From assembly GCA_038212275.1 (NCBI GenBank), contig JBBQUR010000007.1, positions 32,001 to 96,000 of the forward strand: 64,000 nucleotides of DNA, given 5' to 3'. How positions within the stretch are numbered: position 1 is the first letter of the stretch; every line of letters starts with the position of its first letter. The notes below the pieces were generated by a model. The model was not told the origin of the DNA, searched no databases, and was given only the letters and a program-made list of their open reading frames with translations. Source of the DNA: Planctomycetota bacterium (GTDB taxonomy: Bacteria > Planctomycetota > B15-G4). Below are positions 56,740 to 64,000 of this stretch, piece after piece. A program made the translations under genes and the position numbers.

Positions 56740-57114
56740 ATGATCCTGGGACTTGGAACCGACCTGATCGAACTCTCACGGGTCGAAGCCGCCCTTGGCC
56801 GACACGGTGACACGCTCCTCGCGCGGCTGTTCACCGAACGCGAGAGGGCGTTGATGGAAGGTGACCGGCAACTCGTGCAGCGCGTGGCAGCGCGCTTCGC
56901 CGCCAAGGAGGCTGCTCTCAAGGCGCTCGGCACCGGCTGGAGCCGCGGGGTTGGCTGGCACGACGTGGAGGTGCTTGGCGGACGCGGTGAACCGCCGCAC
57001 CTGCACCTTCGAGGCGGAGCCCGTGCTCAGCTCTTCAAGCTGGGAGCCAGCCGGGCGCTCGTCACGATGACTCACACGTCCGGCCTCGCGTCCGCGACGG
57101 TCATCCTCGACTGA
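56740..57114 (+). CDS. acpS: Holo-ACP synthase
   Basis: MILGLGTDL, ARFAAKEA.LKALGTG, G.P; GAGGTG RBS. Confidence 0.93.
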   Translation: MILGLGTDLIELSRVEAALGRHGDTLLARLFTERERALMEGDRQLVQRVAARFAAKEAALKALGTGWSRGVGWHDVEVLGGRGEPPHLHLRGGARAQLFKLGASRALVTMTHTSGLASATVILD

Positions 57115-57188
57115 GGCCCGGACGCCCTTCGGCACCTGGTGCCAGGGCGCAACCGGTTGTCGTCGCGGCGTTGCGCCCCGACGCGCGC

Positions 57189-57902
57189 CTACTGAAAGGC
57201 GACGTTCAGCTCGCCGCCGCCGGAAAGTCCGGAGACTGCCGCGAGATGCATTTCGCCCGAGTCGCCCACCGACAGGAACACGATCGTGGCGCGGAATGGA
57301 GCGCCAGGGTAGTCGTGCCTCTCCAGCAGCTTCTCGAAGACCTCGAGATCGAGCGAAGGGAGATCGCCCAGGGCGATCAGGGCGAAAGGCGGGGTGACAC
57401 CGGCAAGCAGGTTCTCCAGCGACTGGCTGGAGCTGCTGCCCACGAGGAAAGCTGCGCGCGAGGTCGCGTTGCTGGCCGAGTGCATCACGAGGCCAAGCCC
57501 GATCTCCGTGCTCAGTGCGCCGCTTCCCTGCAGGCTGATGCTTCCCGTCGGAAGCTGCTCCGCGACGACGGCTCCGTCCGTGTGGAACTCGGCGTCCTCC
57601 GTGCCGACACCGAAGGCCATGGTCACGGCCGCATACTCCTCGGTGCTCACATGGAGCGTGGCCATCGAGACGTCGACGTTGACGCCCTCGAGTTGGCCCT
57701 CGACGGCCAGCGTCGTGTCGTGGCTGTTCGCCTGACCCGACGTGTGAATGGCCATCGCACCCGGGAGGATGCCGCCATTGTCGTTGTTCTGCGCGAGGAG
57801 GCCGCTGGCAAGTGCCGCCAGGCCGACGACCAGACTGCCGGCGAATGCGGACAGCTGGAGTCCTCGGTCGAGTCGATGACTGGCAATGAAGTCGTGTCTC
57901 AT
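57189..57902 (-). CDS. Hypothetical exported protein
   Basis: GAGGA RBS; hydrophobic signal-like segment ending LLA-Q; beta-rich body ending in LNVAFQ. Confidence 0.7.
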   Translation of the reverse strand: MRHDFIASHRLDRGLQLSAFAGSLVVGLAALASGLLAQNNDNGGILPGAMAIHTSGQANSHDTTLAVEGQLEGVNVDVSMATLHVSTEEYAAVTMAFGVGTEDAEFHTDGAVVAEQLPTGSISLQGSGALSTEIGLGLVMHSASNATSRAAFLVGSSSSQSLENLLAGVTPPFALIALGDLPSLDLEVFEKLLERHDYPGAPFRATIVFLSVGDSGEMHLAAVSGLSGGGELNVAFQ

Positions 57903-57912
57903 GATTCCTCCG

Positions 57913-58959
57913 TTACGCGGCAAACAGCGCCGGCGCGTTGCGGTGCAACGATTCGCGCAGGTGTGCGTCTCGCTGCAACAACGCCGTAAAGTCCTTGGCC
58001 TGCGACAGAAGCTGCCGCGATTGATCGAGATGGGACGGGAAGCGCTCCACCAGCTCAGCGAAGTGGCGCGCGCTGCGCTCCTTCTGGCCGAGCTTTGCGC
58101 AGTCCATGCCCAGATTGACGAGAGCGGTGTAGAAGCGGGGCTCGCTGGAGCGACTGTCCTCGGCGGCGACCTGCTCGTAGCACTCGATGGCGCGCTGGTG
58201 CTCGAACCGGGTCGAGTGGACGTTGCCGAGGTATTGCAGCGCCATCAGGCGGTGCACGGGATCCTTGCCGGAGCGGTAGACCCGACGGAACTCCGTCCCT
58301 GCCCTGTCGAGCCTGCCGACGAGGAGGTAATGGAGGCCCAGATAGAGACGAGCCTCGTCGAGCTCCGGCCGCAGGGCGAGTGCCGCCGTCAGGCAGCGCA
58401 GACCGCTTGCGCAGGCACCGGCTCCGGGCGTCGGCGCATCGAAGAGCTTGCGCGAGCGGCCGAACAATGACCCGTGCCTGAAGTCGCCCCTGGATTCCAC
58501 GGGAGCGGCCGCCGCAAGCGCCTCACCCTCGCGCGCCACGCGACGCGCCCGGTCGGCGGTCACACGGATCTCGACGGCGCGCGACACGGGATTCACCTTC
58601 TGGAATCGGCGGCCGAGCGAGGCCTGATTTCCGGCGAGAACGTATGCCTTGCCCAGTTCGTAGAAGAGCCTGGAAAGCTCCTCCGACTTGTCCTGCAGCA
58701 GCCGACGCGTGATCCCGGCGAACAAGGCATGCCGGTCGACCAGCTCGCGGACGGCGTCTTCCGCCGACGCAGGAGCATCCGCGGCAGCAACGCGATGCAG
58801 TTCGGCCATCTCGCGGAGGTCATCCACATACGACCGACATGAGTCGCACTCCCGCAAGTGCGCCGTGAGCCGCGGCATTCCGGGCGCGGCCAGCTCGTGG
58901 TCGACGAAGAGGTTGATGTCTTTCTCGAAGTCAGTGCAGGCATGGGAGACGAGTTTCAT
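57913..58959 (-). CDS. zf-HC2 (ZAS) anti-sigma domain + TPR protein, no obvious TM
   Basis: C..F...I..FVDHEL...HLRECDSC; C-terminal TPR-like helices; ATGA overlap with the sigma factor. Confidence 0.82.
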   Translation of the reverse strand: MKLVSHACTDFEKDINLFVDHELAAPGMPRLTAHLRECDSCRSYVDDLREMAELHRVAAADAPASAEDAVRELVDRHALFAGITRRLLQDKSEELSRLFYELGKAYVLAGNQASLGRRFQKVNPVSRAVEIRVTADRARRVAREGEALAAAAPVESRGDFRHGSLFGRSRKLFDAPTPGAGACASGLRCLTAALALRPELDEARLYLGLHYLLVGRLDRAGTEFRRVYRSGKDPVHRLMALQYLGNVHSTRFEHQRAIECYEQVAAEDSRSSEPRFYTALVNLGMDCAKLGQKERSARHFAELVERFPSHLDQSRQLLSQAKDFTALLQRDAHLRESLHRNAPALFAA

Positions 58960-59750
58960 GATGCTTGCGATCCAAGGGTGCGCACCATCGACTGGAAGAT
59001 CTTCTTGCGAGCGCGGCAGACGATCATCTTGAAGTTCTCGAGGCGGACGCCCATGAGGCGGGCTGCCTCGGCGTAGGGCACTCTGTCGACCTCTACCAGT
59101 TGGAGAGCCCGTCGGTCACGCGACTTGAGGTCGCGTTCGTAAATCTCGGCGTACAGGCACAGAACGGTCAGGTAGACCCGCTGGCAGGAACTGTCCGACT
59201 CGGCCTCCTCGGACTCGTTGATCGGCGTTCGGACCCGCTCATCGGCCAGCACGTCGGTCATCAGGTCCATCGGAACGCCTTCGCGGCCGTCCACGTGAAG
59301 GTGCCTGTAAACCGTGTTCCGGATGATCGAGTAGGACCAGTTCCGGAAGGCGTTGGGCTGGTCGGGGCAGAAACGCGACGGGTACCGGTAGATGGCGAGG
59401 AAGGTCTCCTGGAGCACGTCGCCCAGATCTGCACGGCTGTTCGTCATGCGCATGATGCGGGTGGCGATCAGCGAGAACGGCCGCGAGTTCAGTTCGAACA
59501 GCAGCGTGAAGGCGGCCACGCTGCTGTGAACCCGGTAGTGATCCATGAGAGCGTTGTTCAGCGCCTGCAGCTCACCGGCACGCGGACCATCGAGGTGTGC
59601 CCCCAGCAGCTCATGAGGCTTCTCGGCGTGGACCCGGCGCGCTGCCTCGAGCTGGCCGGCCGTCACGCGCTCGATTCTGGGATCGGGCTCGACCGGGACA
59701 GCCGTGGTCAGGCTCGGCGTGGCCGGTCGAACGCGAAGCTTCCCCACCAT
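58956..59750 (-). CDS. ECF sigma factor with N-terminal extension
   Basis: DVLQETFLAIYRY, FRNWSYSIIRN, DRRALQLVEV...YAEAA..MG...KMIVCRAR; start uncertain (frame open to 60143). Confidence 0.85.
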   Translation of the reverse strand: MVGKLRVRPATPSLTTAVPVEPDPRIERVTAGQLEAARRVHAEKPHELLGAHLDGPRAGELQALNNALMDHYRVHSSVAAFTLLFELNSRPFSLIATRIMRMTNSRADLGDVLQETFLAIYRYPSRFCPDQPNAFRNWSYSIIRNTVYRHLHVDGREGVPMDLMTDVLADERVRTPINESEEAESDSSCQRVYLTVLCLYAEIYERDLKSRDRRALQLVEVDRVPYAEAARLMGVRLENFKMIVCRARKKIFQSMVRTLGSQAS

Positions 59751-60197
59751 CTCCGGCGTTGCAGCCGGCGCGGAGCGGTGACTCGGCGTGCCGCCCGCGG
59801 TCTGCTCCCCGGCGCTCTCCTGTCCGGCTCTCTCCCCCCGACAAACCTCCGAGCCCGGCTGCTTTTCAGCGCCTTCGGCTAGGTCTCGACGTCGTGGAGG
59901 ACGTGCTGACACTGGCTGAGCCCTGCGGGGAATCCGGGTTCGGTTCGGGGCCTGCTGGCATCCATTCATGCAGGCCGGAACTCGGCGTCGTATTCGTGTA
60001 ACGAGGTGACACCACCCCGGTAACGGAAATGACGCGGATACGACACAAGGACTTGAGTCCGATTTCGGAAAAGACGTCTGCGCAGCGCGCCCTCGAGGGG
60101 GCCCTCCGGCGCCCTCCATTCGGCGCGCCACGCCTCGATCCAAGGGTCTCGAGCACGTCGCCGCAGCTCCTCCCGTGGCAGCCCGCCCACCTTGTCA

Positions 60198-60230
60198 TGC
60201 AATATAACATATTTTATTGCAATGGTTTAC
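60198..60230. promoter_or_regulatory. AT-rich palindrome, putative operator
   Basis: TGCAATA-N10-TATTGCA (60198-60221), a strikingly AT-rich patch in a long divergent intergenic region. Confidence 0.5.
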
Positions 60231-60425
60231 ACGTGAACATGAAGCAGGGTCCAGCACGCCTCTCCCGAGGAGCCTCGCCGCCAGCGGCGCGTCGCCGACA
60301 GACGCCCTGGCCGTTCCCGCCGGGGAACCATCCGGTCATCGCCCGAATCCGCAAACCGCTCTCGTTGTCGCGGCTACGACGACGAAGAAAAAGTTAGTTC
60401 GTCTCGTTTCCCGCGCCGCCGCGGC

Positions 60426-61298
60426 ATGACTTGGAGGACCGGAAGCCTGGCCTCCCGGCTCATCATGGCGCCCATGCCTGCTGACCTGATCGACATCGCG
60501 AGGGAGTCGCTGCTGGCGACCGGGCGCCAGGCGCTCCTGATCCTCGGCCCGCTGTCCGTGGTGACCGGCGCGCTGCGCCTCATCGAGCGGGCGCTCACCG
60601 GCCGCCTCGCCTCGCGGCTCGGCTGGCACAGCGTGCTGCTCACGGCCTGGCTCGGGGTGCCCGTGCATGAGCTTTCTCACGCGGCCGCCTGTATCGTGTT
60701 CGGCCATCGCGTCGAGCGCCTGAGGTTGCTGGCTCCCGACAGCATCACCGGCCAGCTCGGGTCCGTCGACCATGCGTGGAATCGCAGGAGCCTGTACCAG
60801 CAGGTCGGACGGTTCTTCATCGGCATCGCGCCGTTGATCGGGGGCGCAGTCGCCCTGCTGCTTCTGACCTTGCTGCTCAGCCCCGCGCCGTTCCTCTGGC
60901 CGACGCTCGCGCCGGACGGCGGGCTGTTCGAATCGCTGCAATCGGCCGGAAGCCAGGCCTTTGCGCTGGCGGCCGCGCTCTTCGAACCGCACGCGGTGCG
61001 CAGCGGCATGACCTGGGCCTACCTCTATCTGGGCCTGTGCATCGGCGCGCACATGGCGCCGAGCACCACGGACCTGCGCGGATGCGTCCCCGGCCTGCTC
61101 TGGCTGCTGCTGCTGGCGCTCCTGGCGAACACGTTGACATGCCTGTTCGGCGCGGATCCGGCCCGCGCGGAGCACGCGCTTCTGGTGGCCCTGGCGCCAC
61201 TGCTCGCGCTGCTGCTGACGGCGCTGGTTCTCGACGTGATCTGCCTGCTCGTGGTCGGACTGGTGACCTCGTTGCTGCCGCGGCGCGCGGCCTCCTGA
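60426..61298 (+). CDS. Membrane HExxH metalloprotease-like protein (M50-like)
   Basis: GVPVHELSHA, LGSVDH, FFIGIAP, HMAPS..D; multiple TM helices. Confidence 0.75.
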   Translation: MTWRTGSLASRLIMAPMPADLIDIARESLLATGRQALLILGPLSVVTGALRLIERALTGRLASRLGWHSVLLTAWLGVPVHELSHAAACIVFGHRVERLRLLAPDSITGQLGSVDHAWNRRSLYQQVGRFFIGIAPLIGGAVALLLLTLLLSPAPFLWPTLAPDGGLFESLQSAGSQAFALAAALFEPHAVRSGMTWAYLYLGLCIGAHMAPSTTDLRGCVPGLLWLLLLALLANTLTCLFGADPARAEHALLVALAPLLALLLTALVLDVICLLVVGLVTSLLPRRAAS

Positions 61299-61382
61299 TC
61301 AGGGTCCGGAAGCCACGCGACTTGACGCGTTCGATGCACCCCGCGCGCGAGGACCACGCAGCCCGCCCGCTGGCGGAGGCCC

Positions 61383-61817
61383 TCAGTCGTCGCCGGAAGG
61401 CCGGCCGCGATGCCGCTTGGTGATGGACCGCCGCTGCTTTCCCTCGAGCCGGCGCTCCTTGCTCGCCCGTGTCGGCCGCCCCTTGCGCCGTTTGCGCTGC
61501 AGCACCAGCGCAGCCCGCACCAGCTCCGCAAGCCGCTCACGCGCGGCTGCCAGATTCTGGGCCTGACTGCGGCTCGCGGACGAGTGCAGCAGCAGCTCGT
61601 CCTCGCCCGTGAGCCTGCTGGCGAGGCGCTCGAGCAGCCGTGCGCGCAGCGTGTCATCCAGCGCACGGCTCAGCCGGACGGACCAGCGCAGCGTGACCCG
61701 CGTCTCGACCTTGTTGACGTTCTGCCCGCCCGGCCCGCCCGAACGACTGAAGGCGACCTCGAACTCGGCGCCTGGAATCACGAGACCGGGCCGGATCTCG
61801 AGGTCGTCGACATTCAT
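61383..61817 (-). CDS. arfB: Alternative ribosome rescue peptidyl-tRNA hydrolase
   Basis: SRSGGPGGQNVNKV, RSQAQN, basic tail PTRASKERRLEGK. Confidence 0.95.
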   Translation of the reverse strand: MNVDDLEIRPGLVIPGAEFEVAFSRSGGPGGQNVNKVETRVTLRWSVRLSRALDDTLRARLLERLASRLTGEDELLLHSSASRSQAQNLAAARERLAELVRAALVLQRKRRKGRPTRASKERRLEGKQRRSITKRHRGRPSGDD

Positions 61818-63304
61818 GCTGAAACGACGGCCTCGCCGTCCGCGCCGTGAGCCGGGTGCGGTCGGGCCACGAGCCAGGTGATGGCCGGAAGCCAATGCCA
61901 CAGCAGGCGATGCGCGCTGGTGTCGACGTGGCGTTCAGCCTGCATGTTCGTACTCAGGTAGCTGACCAGCACGAACCCCAGCGCACCGCCAGCGAGAAGC
62001 AGGCCAAGAACCCGACGCCGCCTTGCCGCGAGCCGAGTTGCCGCATCGATCGCGGCCCAGGAGCCGGCCGACGCATCGCCCTTGCAGAGCACGAGCAGGA
62101 CGAGGAGCAAGGGCAGCAAGCCGAAGCTCGAGACATCCACGAGCAGGCCGAGCAAGCCCGTCAGCACTGGCAGCAGCCGAGCCTGCCAGAGCGTGACCTC
62201 CGCCAGCCGCGCCAGGCTGAAGCCCGACGCGTCCGGCGTGACTCCCGCGGCGATTGCAGCGGTCGGGAGCGCGAGCAGCAGCGCCACGCCACCCGCCACG
62301 AGCAGTGCGCCACGGCGCGAACCGACGAGAAAGGCCGCACCGAACACGAGCCCCGCTTCGACGGCGCCCTCGAGCTTGGTGCTCACCAGCGCGGCTCCAG
62401 CCAGGCCCGCGAGCGCAACGCCGGCGCCGGCACGGCTTCCCGCCCCCGCCGCCGGGAGGACATCGGGGCCCCCGTGCGCCGCGACTGCACCGGGACCAGC
62501 GCGCACTGCGCCTGCAGGCGCCGCCGACTCCCGCAGCTGCTCGACGGCGACCACGAGCAACAGCAGGAAGAGTGCGTCGGCGCCATCCACGAAACCGGCA
62601 ACGGCGGCGGACTCGCGCACGTCGGCGGACGTGAGCAAGGGCAGTGTGGCGAAGACCGCGAGCAGCACGCGACCCCGTGTTCCGCACCGCATCAGCAGCA
62701 CCGAAAGCACGCCGAGAAGCGCAAGGCCCAGGGCGCCGAGCGCCAGCTTGGGGCCAGCCGTCGCATCCGGCGGCGAGAGCGCGAACACGGGCGCCAGCAA
62801 CGCAGGCACGAGCAGCGGATACTCGCGATGGACGCCGAGCCGCACCGGGTCGTGCAGGGAGGGCGCTTCGCGTGCACTGACCAGCGACAACTCGCGCGCC
62901 TTCGGCGCCCAGAACTTGCTGCCATCGGACCGGAAAGGCGTGCCCGTCCCGACGGAAAGGCTGATGAGCGCGACTCCTGCCAGCAGCACCGCGAGCCAGC
63001 GGGGCAGCGACGCTTCCTGCTTCGTCGGCGCGGCTCGGCCACGAGCGCCGTTCACTGGCCTGCGCCATCGGCACATGATCAGCGACAGCGCCGCGAGCGC
63101 GCACGGCGCCAAGGGGCCGCTCGCGAGGCCGCATGCGGAGAGCAGCACCTGCACCAGCCCGACGCTCGCCGCGCCCAGCGCGCACGCCCATGCCACGCGT
63201 CCGTACCAGCGCGGGCCTGCGACGGTCTCGGCCAGTGCAAGCATGGGCCACCAACCGGCAGCCACCCAGGCCGCCACGCAGACCAGTCCGACGACGAGGC
63301 TCAC
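61814..63304 (-). CDS. Polytopic membrane protein, possible GT-C (ArnT/PMT-like) glycosyltransferase
   Basis: About 12 TM helices; D...FW..KAR, H.EYPLLVP, TKLEG motifs. Confidence 0.6.
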   Translation of the reverse strand: MSLVVGLVCVAAWVAAGWWPMLALAETVAGPRWYGRVAWACALGAASVGLVQVLLSACGLASGPLAPCALAALSLIMCRWRRPVNGARGRAAPTKQEASLPRWLAVLLAGVALISLSVGTGTPFRSDGSKFWAPKARELSLVSAREAPSLHDPVRLGVHREYPLLVPALLAPVFALSPPDATAGPKLALGALGLALLGVLSVLLMRCGTRGRVLLAVFATLPLLTSADVRESAAVAGFVDGADALFLLLLVVAVEQLRESAAPAGAVRAGPGAVAAHGGPDVLPAAGAGSRAGAGVALAGLAGAALVSTKLEGAVEAGLVFGAAFLVGSRRGALLVAGGVALLLALPTAAIAAGVTPDASGFSLARLAEVTLWQARLLPVLTGLLGLLVDVSSFGLLPLLLVLLVLCKGDASAGSWAAIDAATRLAARRRRVLGLLLAGGALGFVLVSYLSTNMQAERHVDTSAHRLLWHWLPAITWLVARPHPAHGADGEAVVSA

Positions 63305-63993
63305 GGGTCCACCTTGAGCAGCCCGACGTGCGCGCAGTCACCGGGTGCGGCAAGCGCACCGAGATCCACGGCCCAGCGCGAGCCGTGACCGCGACCGAGC
63401 TCCTGCGGCAGCAACTCGGCGACGAGCGCCTCGTCCGTCCACTCGCGCGGCACGTCGTGCAGCACGGGGTAGATGGCGCGTGGATACAGAGCCCAGGCGG
63501 TCACGTTCCACAGGTAGGAATCCGTACCCAGCAGCAGCACGGCGTCCGTTTCGGGCACGCGCTCACGCCAGGCACGCAAGGTCGCGGCATGTGGCCCCGC
63601 CACCGAGTCCAGCGCATCGTCGCCGAGCGTCCAGTCGCCGGCACGCGCGAGCTGCAGTTGTTCCGTCACCGACACGCCCGCCAGCACGAGGCCCAGCGTC
63701 ATCGAGCCGCCGGCGAGCACCGCGACGCGCACGCCTCCCGCACGGGTCGCGAGTGCAGGCCAGGCGGCCAGCAGCGCGCAGCCTGCAGCCAGAGCCGCGA
63801 AGAGACAGGTCACGTCCGTGCGACGGGCCACTCCCTGCAAGCGGTGCAGGGCTTCGGCCTCGACATCGGTGAAGGCGCGCGGGTCGGGGTGTCGGGCCGT
63901 CCAGCTCGTGAGCCAGGCGGGCGCGGCCAGCCCATCCTGCCGTGCGACCTGCACTGCCGCTGCAGCAAACAGCAGCGCAAGGACCAGCGTCAC
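63301..63993 (-). CDS. Hypothetical membrane protein
   Basis: Three hydrophobic segments, WALYPR motif; stop overlaps the next GTG; start at the window edge is uncertain. Confidence 0.6.
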   Translation of the reverse strand: MTLVLALLFAAAAVQVARQDGLAAPAWLTSWTARHPDPRAFTDVEAEALHRLQGVARRTDVTCLFAALAAGCALLAAWPALATRAGGVRVAVLAGGSMTLGLVLAGVSVTEQLQLARAGDWTLGDDALDSVAGPHAATLRAWRERVPETDAVLLLGTDSYLWNVTAWALYPRAIYPVLHDVPREWTDEALVAELLPQELGRGHGSRWAVDLGALAAPGDCAHVGLLKVDP

Positions 63994-64000
63994 GGCACGC

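Noticed and set aside
56740..57114. Secondary-metabolite cluster around a PPTase
   Set aside because: Short AcpS-type enzyme with no PKS/NRPS/ACP genes in the window.
59751..60425. tRNA, riboswitch or ncRNA in long intergenic gaps (also 9250..9502, 44550..44746, 45503..45810)
   Set aside because: No cloverleaf, T-loop or riboswitch consensus recognised by eye; an Infernal/Rfam scan would be needed to exclude them.

Overview
Very GC-rich bacterial chromosomal window, probably an uncultured Planctomycetota. That placement is an inference from the PVC-type CxxCH heme protein, planctomycete-style ECF sigma/Ser-Thr kinase modules, and FG-GAP and FGE-sulfatase proteins. It holds about 45 genes: housekeeping (valS, kdsA, pcrA/uvrD, acpS, arfB, rluD, acsA, methylmalonyl-CoA mutase/epimerase, nagZ, ampG-like), four sigma factors, three Ser/Thr kinases and several secreted proteins. 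I found no tRNA/rRNA, CRISPR array, integrase, transposase or reverse transcriptase by eye. Best candidate for a new system: a ~120-aa 'W-x-D-L-G...PFKGG...Q-x-W...SN' module that I do not recognise, shared by three unrelated secreted proteins (twice C-terminal, once directly after the signal peptide), which suggests a lineage-specific surface-anchoring or sorting domain. Also notable: a catalytically dead LysA-like protein whose 3' end is duplicated (~80% identical) 3.4 kb downstream, bracketing a small cargo segment; a tandem non-RD kinase-FGE pair coupled to an ECF sigma; an in-frame TAG inside a TPR kinase; and a four-box inverted-repeat site upstream of a Fic gene. All family calls come from motif recognition, not database searches, and start codons were picked by eye.
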